This document shows, in pieces, positions 1-9,356 of a DNA stretch of 64,000 nt. Under the pieces are notes generated by a model that made no database searches, was not told the origin of the DNA, and saw nothing but the letters and a program-made list of their open reading frames with translations. Both the position numbers and the translations under genes were made by a program. Positions within the stretch are counted from its first letter, which is position 1. The number at the start of each line of letters is the position of its first letter. Source of the DNA: Candidatus Latescibacterota bacterium (GTDB taxonomy: Bacteria > Latescibacterota > UBA2968 > SICM01); assembly GCA_965217865.1 (NCBI GenBank), contig CBDCJO010000001.1, positions 64,001 through 128,000 on the forward strand, written 5' to 3'.

Positions 1-1
1 G

Positions 2-685
2 GAGCTTCAGGAAATTGACAATCAGGCCGATTCCCTGGAAGCGGCCCGAAGAGACTATCCTGAGGAAATCGATCTGATCGCGAACGAACTGGAGGAAGCC
101 CGCCAGCAGATACGGAAATACCAACAGAAGCAGGAGGAACTCGAGAAATCCATACGAGAGCATGAACGCGAGTTGGAGGCAGCAACAGCGGATCTCAAGA
201 AACATCAGGACCGCCTTTATGAGGTAAAGACGAACAAGGAGTATGACGCGCTTCAGATTGAAATTGAAGCCTGCAGAGCCCGCGTCAGCGAACAGGAGGA
301 TCACTTCCTTTCGGCGGAAGAGGCCCTCGAAAAATTGAAATCTGATCTAAAAAACGACCAGGAGGAATTTGCGCTCATCGAGAAGAAGCGCTTGGAGAAA
401 CGGAAAGCTCTGTTAAAGGACCTAAACTCCATTGGAGCTAAAGTTAAGAAGCAACAGAAAAAAATGGAGGCCGTCAGGGTTGGAATCAACGCACGGGTCC
501 TGCAGGCCTACGATCGGCTCCGAAAAGGTAGAAGCGGTATCGCTGTGGTACGGGTTGTTAAAAGCGCCTGTGGTGGATGCTTCCTGGAGATTCCACCCCA
601 GAGGGCAAGCGAGGTTCGGAAAAGAGATCGGATCATCCTTTGTGAAAGCTGTGGACGTATACTTGTTTGGGACAACCAGGAGTAA
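2..685 (+). CDS. C4-type zinc-ribbon/coiled-coil protein (DUF164/CT398-like), 5'-truncated by window edge
   Basis: Frame is open from base 2 (ELQEIDNQ...) into ORF 173..685; long coiled coil, KEYDAL motif, C-terminal CGGC...CESC. Confidence 0.85.
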   Translation, partial: ELQEIDNQADSLEAARRDYPEEIDLIANELEEARQQIRKYQQKQEELEKSIREHERELEAATADLKKHQDRLYEVKTNKEYDALQIEIEACRARVSEQEDHFLSAEEALEKLKSDLKNDQEEFALIEKKRLEKRKALLKDLNSIGAKVKKQQKKMEAVRVGINARVLQAYDRLRKGRSGIAVVRVVKSACGGCFLEIPPQRASEVRKRDRIILCESCGRILVWDNQE

Positions 686-703
686 AGCAAACAAATTCTA
701 TCA

Positions 704-1111
704 TCGTGGACCGGAGCGGGCCGGGCGATCGCGCCTGTCATCGCAGGTGAGGAAAGTCCGAGCTCCCCAGGGCAGGGTGCTGGGTAACACCTAGGAGGGG
801 CAACCCTACGGAAAGTGCAACAGAGAAGAGACCGCCGACGGGCGGAGTTCCGACTTCGTTACGGGCAAGGGTGAAACGGCGAGGTAAGAGCTCACCGCGC
901 CCCTGGTGACAGGGGCGGCACTGCAAACCCCACCTGGAGCAAGGCCAAATAGGAGAGGAGAGGTAGCCCGCCTCGATCATACTCTCGGGTAGGCCGCAAG
1001 AGGTGTCGGGTAACCGGCGCCCCAGATGAATGATCGCCGCTCTGGAGTCGGCGGAGTTTCTGCCGGTTCCGGAGGACAGAACTCGGCTTATAAGCCCGCT
1101 CCGGACCACGA
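704..1111 (+). ncRNA. rnpB: RNase P RNA, bacterial type A
   Basis: Conserved GAGGAAAGTCCGAGCT, GGAAAGTGCAACAGA, AAGGGTGAAACGG..GGTAAGAGCTCACC and ACAGAACTCGGCTTA; P1 pairing of 704-721 with 1094-1111. Confidence 0.97.
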
Positions 1112-1175
1112 CACATCCAGCATAACTCACGTTCTTGAAAAAGACCCCGGTCAACACCCCAAAAATCGCCCTTCA

Positions 1176-1997
1176 ATGCCCCGGAACTTTATTGAAAAAC
1201 TGAGTCAAGCGACACGAAACAACAACAGTCTCGTCTGTGTTGGATTGGATGTCGACCCAGGTCGGATCCCGCCGCACATCGCGGATCGACCGGATCCGGT
1301 TTTCAGGTTCTGTCGGGAGATCATCGACGCGACAAGAGATATGGTCTGCGCCTACAAACCGAACTTCGCATTTTTCGGAGCCATGGGCCAGAGGGGTTGG
1401 GAGGCGCTTATCCGGACGATAGAGTACGTCCCGCAGGATATCCCGGTGATTCTCGATGCGAAACTCGGAGACATCGGGAATACCGCAGAGCGTTATGCGA
1501 GGATGGCCTATTGTGAGTTGGGGGCGGATGCCGTAACGGTGAATCCATACATGGGTTTCGACGCCGTGGCGCCCTTCCTCGGTCACCCGGGCCGTTGCGC
1601 CTTCCTTGTCTGTCTGTCCTCAAACCCGGGATCCGAAGACTTCCAACGCCTTCGGACGGATTCGAAACCACTCTACCGGATCGTAGCGGAAAAGGCCGTA
1701 GCCTGGAAGACTCACGGCCTTTGCGGACTGGTCGTAGGCGCTACCCAACCCGACGAACTTCAGGAAATCCGGGCTTTAGCAACCGATCTTCCAATCCTGA
1801 TCCCGGGAATCGGTGCCCAGGGCGGGGATGTGGAGCAAGTCGCGCGCTGCGGGACGGATGAGAACGGAGACATGGCGATCGTCAATATCTCCCGTGGCGT
1901 CCTGTATGCTTCGAACGGAACCGATTTCGCAAAAACAGCTCGTAGGGAGACAGAACGTTTAAGGGATGGCCTGAACCGTCATCGCCGCGGGAAATAG
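1176..1997 (+). CDS. pyrF: Orotidine-5'-phosphate decarboxylase
   Basis: CVGLD, AYKPN, DAKLGDIGNT, PGIGAQGG motifs; ATG 1176 chosen because the track start (1026) lies inside rnpB. Confidence 0.95.
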   Translation: MPRNFIEKLSQATRNNNSLVCVGLDVDPGRIPPHIADRPDPVFRFCREIIDATRDMVCAYKPNFAFFGAMGQRGWEALIRTIEYVPQDIPVILDAKLGDIGNTAERYARMAYCELGADAVTVNPYMGFDAVAPFLGHPGRCAFLVCLSSNPGSEDFQRLRTDSKPLYRIVAEKAVAWKTHGLCGLVVGATQPDELQEIRALATDLPILIPGIGAQGGDVEQVARCGTDENGDMAIVNISRGVLYASNGTDFAKTARRETERLRDGLNRHRRGK

Positions 1998-2025
1998 GTT
2001 ATATCAATCCTTCCCAACCTGGACC

Positions 2026-2643
2026 ATGACCTCCTTCTATCGCATCGTGGGCATTTTTTTTGGAATGGCCGGACTGCTATCCGTACCCTATGGACACCAG
2101 GGTCCCGAGGCCGAAAACCTGAGTGGCCGTTCCGACCTCGTGAGAGTTGAAGTCAAGTCTGTCTGGAGATCTCCCCACCCCCTCGGGAATGTGGTTTTTT
2201 TGAAGGACCTTAAGACGGAACGCCTCCTCCCCATCTGGATCGGACGTTTCGAGGCCGATGCGATCCAGATGAAACTCGAAGGCCAGACCTTTCCAAGACC
2301 ACTGACCCACGATCTGCTCAAATCCATGATCGAGGCCACCGGAACAAAGTTGGAATACATCCTGATTGACGCCCTTAGGACCATGGACGGACGCAATTCA
2401 GGCACTTTCTTTGCGAAGATCGCGTTGATGCGCAACGATAAAACCCCGGTCGAGATCGATTCCCGGACCAGTGATGCGATCGCCTTGTCCATGCGAACCG
2501 GTACCCCCGTATATGTGACCTCGGGAATTATGAAGGGAAACAGCATCGGCTCCGAAAGAGAGTTGAGGGAGATGAGAAGATCCCACTTAAAACCGCAGGA
2601 GTCGGAAAAGGCCGACAAGAAGCCCGGAAAAACCTACTATTGA
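2026..2643 (+). CDS. Bifunctional nuclease family protein (DUF151)
   Basis: LPIWIGxFEAxAI, RPLTHDL, IDSRTSDAIAL motifs. Confidence 0.9.
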   Translation: MTSFYRIVGIFFGMAGLLSVPYGHQGPEAENLSGRSDLVRVEVKSVWRSPHPLGNVVFLKDLKTERLLPIWIGRFEADAIQMKLEGQTFPRPLTHDLLKSMIEATGTKLEYILIDALRTMDGRNSGTFFAKIALMRNDKTPVEIDSRTSDAIALSMRTGTPVYVTSGIMKGNSIGSERELREMRRSHLKPQESEKADKKPGKTYY

Positions 2644-2691
2644 AATATCGACTCAATTTCGTTACCCAAGCATTGACCCAAAGGAGGCCCA

Positions 2692-3261
2692 GTGAGTATA
2701 AATTGTGTAATTTCTCTCAATCTGTTTATCCTCCTCATAACCAGCCTGAGTTTCATCATCGGGGGGTGCGCAAAACAAGACGACTCTGAAGATAAAATCG
2801 TCGTCCTCGAGACGAATCAGGGGGTCATCGAGATCAAGTTAATGTCTGAAGTGGCTCCAAAAGCCTGCGAAAATTTCGAGAAGCTGGTCGAGAGTGGTTA
2901 TTATGACGGAATCATTTTTCATCGTGTCATCAAGGATTTCATGATACAAGGTGGCGATCCCACCGGGACGGGAAGGGGGGGGGAGTCTGTCTGGGGGAAA
3001 CCCTTCGAGGATGAGGGTCACGAGAACGTCAAGTTCGATCGAAAGGGGCTCCTTGCGATGGCCAATTCGGGGCCGAACACAAACGGAAGTCAATTTTTTA
3101 TTACCACAAAACCGACTCCCTGGCTGCACATGAAGCATACGATCTTCGGTGAAGTCATTTCAGATTATGAAGTGGTGGAAAATATCGAGACCGTGGAAAC
3201 AGGTCCATCGGACAGGCCTCTTGAGGAGCAAAAGATACTGAAGGCATACATAAAGGGTTGA
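2692..3261 (+). CDS. Cyclophilin-type peptidyl-prolyl isomerase, probable lipoprotein
   Basis: FHRVIKDFMIQGGDPTGTG and AMANSGPNTNGSQFFIT; hydrophobic N-terminus ending IIGGC; AAGGAGG before the GTG start. Confidence 0.93.
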   Translation: MSINCVISLNLFILLITSLSFIIGGCAKQDDSEDKIVVLETNQGVIEIKLMSEVAPKACENFEKLVESGYYDGIIFHRVIKDFMIQGGDPTGTGRGGESVWGKPFEDEGHENVKFDRKGLLAMANSGPNTNGSQFFITTKPTPWLHMKHTIFGEVISDYEVVENIETVETGPSDRPLEEQKILKAYIKG

Positions 3262-3300
3262 TAATCGGGAGCCCTTTGTCTCCTGTTTTGGGGTCAGAGC

Positions 3301-3543
3301 ATGCTGAATGAATTGCGCATCCAGGTGGTTCACCGGGCGCTGGGTAAGGGGTGGGATTACCTCGGCGTTTACCGGCCAAAGCCTGGCCGAAAAGGAGTTG
3401 AAATGGATGTGGTCCGAAATCCCACCGGCTTTATCTTCGGTCGGTCCCTGGTCTCTCGGGATCACAAGTGGACCTACCTCAGCCAGGCAGAATGGGGAAA
3501 TGGGTATTTGAAAGCGACCGAAGCGAATGGTGGTTCTGAATAA
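3301..3543 (+). CDS. Hypothetical protein
   Basis: 80-aa ORF filling the gap between co-oriented genes; no recognisable motif. Confidence 0.3.
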   Translation: MLNELRIQVVHRALGKGWDYLGVYRPKPGRKGVEMDVVRNPTGFIFGRSLVSRDHKWTYLSQAEWGNGYLKATEANGGSE

Positions 3544-3558
3544 CTGGAAGGAGACGGA

Positions 3559-3876
3559 TTGGAAGACCCAAAGCAGTTTTACATGAAGGGCCTGTCGCAT
3601 CTTTCTAGTGGGGATCTGGACGATGCCCTCTCCTGCTTTCAGAAAGCCGTTGAGATCAAACCGAATTTCCTGGAGGGGCATCTCGGCATCGTACAGACCT
3701 ATGAAAGAAAACAGATGGTGGATCAGGCTATAAACGCGGCTCGAAAAGCAATCGAAGTCGATCCGAACGAACCCCTCGCCCATACCAGCCTCTCCAGGTT
3801 GTTTCAACAGAAGGGCATGATCCCTGAAGCCGAAGAGGAGATGGCCATTTCCCTCAGGTTGCAATCAGATTCATAA
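3559..3876 (+). CDS. Tetratricopeptide repeat protein
   Basis: TPR patterns (A..CFQKAVEIKPNF, A..KAIEVDPNE); AAGGAG before the TTG start. Confidence 0.85.
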   Translation: MEDPKQFYMKGLSHLSSGDLDDALSCFQKAVEIKPNFLEGHLGIVQTYERKQMVDQAINAARKAIEVDPNEPLAHTSLSRLFQQKGMIPEAEEEMAISLRLQSDS

Positions 3877-4024
3877 TTCTTTTTGTGATTCAATTCACAT
3901 TCCCGGACTCGAATTTTTCCTATCTTGATACCAGATCCTCCCTCAGAGGGAAAGGGGAGGCCTAATCGCCTTTCCCTCGGGGTCACAAGAGTCCACAAAG
4001 TAAAAAAATTCGATAGAATTCTGC

Positions 4025-4053
4025 TTGACAACCGACTCTCTGCTGTCTATATT
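4025..4053 (+). promoter_or_regulatory. Sigma70-type promoter of the HU gene
   Basis: TTGACA (4025-4030), 17-nt spacer, TATATT (4048-4053). Confidence 0.7.
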
Positions 4054-4156
4054 CCGCCCGGTTTTCGCGCGCCACTCCGTAAGGGCGTATCATAGGGGAT
4101 CGGTATTCACATCTGGATGACCCTGCCAAAGCGGGGGTCTTCAAAGGAGGTGCATT

Positions 4157-4432
4157 GTGAACAAAGCGGATCTGATTGCGGCCGTTGCAAAGGACGCCGG
4201 GATCAGCAAGAGGGCTGCCGGGGACGCAGTCGGCTCGGTCACGTCTAGCATCACCAAAGCCTTGAAGAAGGGAGGCACGGCCTCCCTCATCGGGTTTGGA
4301 ACGTTTAGCGTAACACGCCGCGCTGCCCGAACAGGTCGGAACCCCCAGACAGGGGCTACGATCAAGATCAAAGCGAAGAAGGTCCCCCGCTTCAAAGCGG
4401 GTGCTGGGCTCAAAAAGGCCGTTGGGGGATAA
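4157..4432 (+). CDS. hup: HU family DNA-binding protein
   Basis: MNKADLI...GFGTF...RAARTGRNPQTG...PRFKAG; AAGGAGGT RBS. Confidence 0.97.
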   Translation: MNKADLIAAVAKDAGISKRAAGDAVGSVTSSITKALKKGGTASLIGFGTFSVTRRAARTGRNPQTGATIKIKAKKVPRFKAGAGLKKAVGG

Positions 4433-4479
4433 GGAAACCTGGATCTGTTGTGCCTCTGCGATCACCGTTTACGAAATTC

Positions 4480-4516
4480 AAAAGCCGAAATCCTGCGATT
4501 TCGGCTTTTATATTTT
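4480..4516 (+). terminator. Intrinsic terminator of the HU gene
   Basis: AAAAGCCGAAATC-CTGC-GATTTCGGCTTTT hairpin followed by a T-rich tail. Confidence 0.8.
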
Positions 4517-4536
4517 CCCGAAGCGATGCTTCTAGC

Positions 4537-6368
4537 CCTAAAATAAGCGAATAGGCTTGTTGAGCGGTGTGTTATACAAGATTTCGGAGCATTTCAGACT
4601 TGTGACTTGGTGGAGATGATGTCTGGGCTGTTTTTGTGATTGTTTCGGCATGCGATTGTCTAATTAACTGAGTTTGCGGACGTGTTTTAGCCGGGGTGGA
4701 CGGACTTGTCCCTGTGATGTTACGACGACAGGTGCTGACATGGCAGTCAGGCCGGTTTGAGCCATCTGATTCTGTTCCAGGCCGGGAAGAAGTCAGTCAT
4801 CCACCGGTTGTAGCCCAAGACACGATAGATGATCTGTCTTCCCCGGGTCACGATCTGGCAGGGGATCCAGATCAGATTCTGGAGGAAGGCGCGAAACTCC
4901 ATTCTCAGAAGTTGATCGCGACGCTCACGCTTTCGGATCATCAACGCGAACCAGGCTTTGAGGTTCCACGCCAGGGCGGTCATGACCATGTAAGCCCAGT
5001 TGCTCATCAGGTTGTCGACGGGCATCCGCATGGCGTTGACCCCGTTCTTGAGTTGTTCAATCACGTTTTCCTGATCGCACCGTCGATTGGCCAGCCTCAC
5101 GATTTCCGCGGCCGTAAGATCTTTTCGGGTGGTAATGTAGAAGAAACAGCGCTTGTCATCGAACAGGGCGTTTTCGCCGCGTTCGACGCTCAGGTTCTTT
5201 TCGAGGATCACGAGTCGACAGGTCTTCCTGCATCGAGCAGGACGATACGAAACCCCGGCAACACGTTCACTGGCAAGTCGGATGTTTTTGAAGCCGCGCT
5301 CCCGGATGATCCGGGCTTTCACGTTCTCGCGTTTCTGTCTCTGGGAGGTCTTGACCTGGTATTTGGGTTGTCGTTCAAAGGGCTCCCAATCGCTCTGTGA
5401 CAGGGATTTGGCGATCTTGACCAATCCCCGGTAAGCATCCATGCCGAAGACGAAGTCGACCTTTTCCGACCAACGATCGAAGTGCCGGGTGAGTGAGAAG
5501 CCGGTGTCTCCGCGCAGGCAGATGCGTTTGGCGAAAGGGGCGACCAGCGCGATGGCGCGATCGATCCACTTTACGGCACCGTCGTGGCTGGGCACATTGC
5601 CGGGTCGATTCACAAGAAACAACACCTCCCTGGTGTTCGCCAGAGAGACCACGAGAGGATGGTATCCCCAGATACCGTTGTATGACAGGGCCATGCCCTG
5701 CTTGCGTTCTCCGAGAGTGGTGGCCAGGGTGCCGTCGATGTCGATGAGGGCTTCTTTGAGTTCGCCCCTGGCGCGCTTTTTCCAGATCCGGGTGCGCACC
5801 CGGTTGATGCAATCCATCAACGTCTCGATATCCGATGGCCGGAAACGACGTGTAAAGTCGCCTGCTGTGGCCGGATCCGGGAGACGCTGAGCGCCCAAAG
5901 CGTTCAGGAACGTGGCATCCTGCCGGCGCAGCTCAATGTCTTCAAGGCGTTGACCACCAACCAGCGCATTGTAGGCGATGTTCAGAACGTGGTCTGATTC
6001 GTGACAGGGCAAATGCACTTTCAAAAGATGAAGATGACGGTCAATCTCTTTCACCAGCCCAACCCTGCGGACCATGTGGTGAAACGCGCCGATCCCCCCA
6101 CACGTGATCGCCTCGGCCTTCCCACTCATCTCGTAGTGGATGTTTCCCCCAGACATCATAGGCTTGACCTGACTGCACCACTGCTTCCGACGCAAACGAC
6201 GGACAATTCGTGCTTCCCTGTTCCGAAGAATCTTCCTATATTCTCTCATCTGAAATGCCCCTTTTTGATGGCCTCTTTTTGTCTTTCATACTACAACTAT
6301 AGGCCTGAAAACTGGGGCATTTCAACTTTTTTCTACTAAAACCAAGAAAAATTCACGCTTGTATAGGG
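4537..6368 (-). mobile_element. IS1380-family insertion sequence, copy 1 (1832 bp)
   Basis: Near-identical to 21935..23766 in the opposite orientation; imperfect terminal inverted repeats CCCTATACAAGCG / CCTAAAATAAGCG; CTAGC on both flanks. Confidence 0.92.
4747..6249 (-). CDS. IS1380-family DDE transposase
   Basis: 500 aa; IDIDGT, GYHPL, RPGN, LRGDTGF, RRCDQENVIEQLKNG motifs. Confidence 0.9.
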   Translation of the reverse strand: MREYRKILRNREARIVRRLRRKQWCSQVKPMMSGGNIHYEMSGKAEAITCGGIGAFHHMVRRVGLVKEIDRHLHLLKVHLPCHESDHVLNIAYNALVGGQRLEDIELRRQDATFLNALGAQRLPDPATAGDFTRRFRPSDIETLMDCINRVRTRIWKKRARGELKEALIDIDGTLATTLGERKQGMALSYNGIWGYHPLVVSLANTREVLFLVNRPGNVPSHDGAVKWIDRAIALVAPFAKRICLRGDTGFSLTRHFDRWSEKVDFVFGMDAYRGLVKIAKSLSQSDWEPFERQPKYQVKTSQRQKRENVKARIIRERGFKNIRLASERVAGVSYRPARCRKTCRLVILEKNLSVERGENALFDDKRCFFYITTRKDLTAAEIVRLANRRCDQENVIEQLKNGVNAMRMPVDNLMSNWAYMVMTALAWNLKAWFALMIRKRERRDQLLRMEFRAFLQNLIWIPCQIVTRGRQIIYRVLGYNRWMTDFFPAWNRIRWLKPA

Positions 6369-6573
6369 GCTAGCAAGATGCTTTCATCTTTTTTGGTGCG
6401 GCGAAGCGAAGCCCGCGATAGGTTCCGTTTTTGTTGATCTCGTTTTCAATTTGCATTCTTCATTATTCATTCGTTAATTTGTATATCATCGACGTAACTA
6501 ATCGCTTTCGATGACGCTACGGAACGTGAAACCTTGAAACTTGGACCCTTGAACTATTTGCTGGATAGGTTCG

Positions 6574-6780
6574 ATGCTCTTCACGCTTATTCTTGCAGGA
6601 ATCATCATCCTTGCGGTTCTCTGGAAGTGGTTGGGACGACCCGTACAGTTTTGCCCCGGGTGCGGCGAAAAAAGGGAAGCCGATGCCCAGATCTGTGGGT
6701 GCGGATGGATTTTCGAAACCCCCGAGACAACCGAGGAGCTTGAATACGCGGAAGAGGATGAATTTGAAGGAAAGGGCTGA
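6574..6780 (+). CDS. Small membrane-anchored zinc-ribbon protein
   Basis: N-terminal TM helix, CPGC...CGC, acidic tail. Confidence 0.6.
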   Translation: MLFTLILAGIIILAVLWKWLGRPVQFCPGCGEKREADAQICGCGWIFETPETTEELEYAEEDEFEGKG

Positions 6781-6832
6781 AACACACCCCTGAAGGGATG
6801 ATGTTGCCTCAGCCCAACCGATAGGAATCTCG

Positions 6833-7132
6833 ATGGACACGGACTGGACTTTTCTCGTATTGACGATGGTTTGCGCCCTTTACCTGGCGAAACTGATGTT
6901 GGACTATTCACAACGGCTTGGAGACATCAGGCCGCGGAACTTGAAGGCTGAGATGGATTGGGAAGCGTGTAACAGGCAAATCTCGGATCTGGAAGCCGAG
7001 GTCCAGCAGCTCAAGGAAACGAACGCCTCATGGGAGAAGGAGATCAAAAACCTTGAGGGGAAAAAGAAGGAATTGACACAGCTCCTCCAGGATAAAACGC
7101 CGAAGGAAAAGCGTCCAAAGTTCAAACTGTAA
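6833..7132 (+). CDS. Small membrane-anchored coiled-coil protein
   Basis: N-terminal TM helix then heptad-rich charged helix. Confidence 0.6.
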   Translation: MDTDWTFLVLTMVCALYLAKLMLDYSQRLGDIRPRNLKAEMDWEACNRQISDLEAEVQQLKETNASWEKEIKNLEGKKKELTQLLQDKTPKEKRPKFKL

Positions 7133-7194
7133 GCCACGCCTCCCACGTCCCATCTCGTTCCCGTTCCATGTTTTTCTTCTTTGGAGGTTCATTC

Positions 7195-7975
7195 TTGAAG
7201 ATCGGGGTGACTCAGGTAATTCTTCCTGGATTGAAGCTGGATGAAATCCTGGATCTTTGTCGGGATGCTGGGTACCAAGCCTTGGAACTGGTCTTCGGAG
7301 AGGGAGGAGAACCGGAGGTCGGGATGACCCCCACGGAAGTGAAAGCTGTAGGTAAGCGATGCCGGGACGCGGGTGTGGAGATCGGGAGTGTCATCGCACA
7401 CTACGCCGATCGGGGAAATCTGTTGAGTCGAAATCCGGAGGATCGAGAGCAGGGAAAACGTTCACTGGCGCGTTCCCTGGAAATCGCAGAAATCCTCGGT
7501 GTCAACGCAACGCTGCTTCACCCGGGACAGCTCACGCCGGAGGGGACCTACGAACAGGCCTGGGATGACCTAAAGGGAATCCTGAAAGAAATGGCCGGGG
7601 AGGCGGAAAAAAAACGGGTCGCCATCTGTCTGGAACAAGATCCTCCTCAGCCCGAAGGAGATGCACGAATTTCTGCACGAAGTGGGAAGCGATCAAGTCG
7701 GCGCTTACCTCGACACGGCGAACATGATGGCTTACGGATTTCCGGAGCATTGGATCCGGAGCCTTGCGGGACGAATCAAGAGGGTCCATTTCAAGGACTT
7801 CGATCGCAGGAAACACCGATTTGTAAATCTGATGGACGGTGACACCGACTGGCCTATAATCATGGGGGAACTCAGATCGGTGGGCTACGAAGGGCCTGTC
7901 ATCCACGAAGTCGATGGCGATCGCGGGACCCAGATCGAAATGGCCCGCCGGATGTTGAAAATCGTATCGATGTGA
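7195..7975 (+). pseudogene. Sugar phosphate isomerase/epimerase (AP endonuclease 2 TIM barrel), frameshifted near 7635
   Basis: GGAGG then TTG at 7195; N-half ends ...AICLE, C-half resumes in another frame as VWNKILLSP...YLDTAN...VHFKD...HE. Confidence 0.85.
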
Positions 7976-8271
7976 TACGGCTCTCCGCGGAACACCGACC
8001 CCGAATGGAGCCTGCCGAGAAGCAGGGCTGTCCCCCCGCGCGATTGCCGACCCGCCGGCGTTATCTTCGAAGCAAACTCCCCGTCATAACACACCGCCAT
8101 AATCCTTTTGATTCCCTCTCCCCTTCTCCCTTTTCACGGTTAATGGTTTCCCCGACCACCGACTCCCCCTGCTTTGTTTCCGATTGACAGTATTCTCAAA
8201 TATCTCGATATTAAGAACTTCAACAAAGAGGCACCCGCACCGGTCGCGTCTATAAGACATAAGATTCGGAA

Positions 8272-9287
8272 ATGGTTAATTCTCAAATCGACATCAAGCC
8301 CTACCTGACAACCGAGATGCTTGCATCCCTTATTCACGAGCATCTGCCCGGGGGAGAACAAATCTCTTTCGAGCCGATACCAACGGAAAGTTTAACACAT
8401 CTTTCTTCGTACAGGTGGACGGCGAACCTCTGATCCTTCGAATCGCCCCACCCAGCGATTCTGTGTTCGTCTTCTATGAACGGAATATGATGAGGCAGGA
8501 ACCTGAGCTGCACCGCTTGCTTTCTGAAACCTCCGTACCCGTCGCGCGGATCCTTGCGTTTGACGATTCCCACAACTTGATCGATCGGGACTACCTTATC
8601 ATGGAACGCCTGCCGGGTTGGCCCCTTACTGAAATGTCCCGGATCGATCTGGACAGCACCCTCCGGCAGGTGGGCAGATCGCTTGCCGAAACTCACGGCC
8701 TTAGGGCGAAGGCCTACGGGTATCTTGGCGTACATCGGCCGATGAACCCCGCGACCACGTGGGCTGAAGCCTTCCTGACGATGTGGCACAAACTGATCGA
8801 CGATATCCTTGCCGTCCGTCAGTACACCCAGGAGGAATCCCGGCTCCTCCGAACCCTTCTCGACCATCACATTCCCAAGTTCGAAAGACCTGTTCCCTCC
8901 AGCCTCCTCCATATGGATGTCTGGCACCAGAATATTCTGGTAGATTCCACGGGAACCCTTACCGGGTTGGTGGACTGGGACAGAGCGCTCTGGGGGGATC
9001 CCGAGATCGAGTTCGCGGTTCTCCATTATTGCGGCTTATCGAAGCCGGCCTTCTGGGAAGGGTATGGTCCGAAGCGAGACTGCTCTGCGGAGGCCGGGAT
9101 CAGACAGGTCTTCTACCTTCTTTACGAAATCCAGAAATATATCGTCATCCGACTCGGCCGGAACAACGATCCGGGTGCTGCTCAGCGGTACAAAACACAG
9201 GTGATGGAAATCGCTCACCAACTCGGGGATGCGGTCCGTGGCGCACCGGGGGGTCCTTCGAATTCGAAAGTCCGAATCGCGAAGTGA
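8272..9287 (+). pseudogene. Aminoglycoside phosphotransferase-like kinase with apparent 1-nt frameshift near 8385
   Basis: LLHMDVWHQNILVD and GLVDWD kinase motifs; ATG 8272 frame reads to ...FEPIPT, the main frame continues GKFNTSFFVQVDGE. Confidence 0.7.
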
Positions 9288-9356
9288 AACCCTCTTGTTT
9301 GCCCACCCGTCATTAATTTCATATCCCAATATGCCAATGGAATTTTCCGATTTCCA

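Noticed and set aside
738-1176. ORFs 738..1157(-), 892..1176(-) and the 1026 start of pyrF
   Set aside because: They overlap the RNase P RNA gene; these are shadow ORFs
6401-6422. 22-nt similarity GCGAAGCGAAGCCCGCGATAGG with 27821-27842
   Set aside because: Only two short imperfect copies; too weak to call without a genome-wide search
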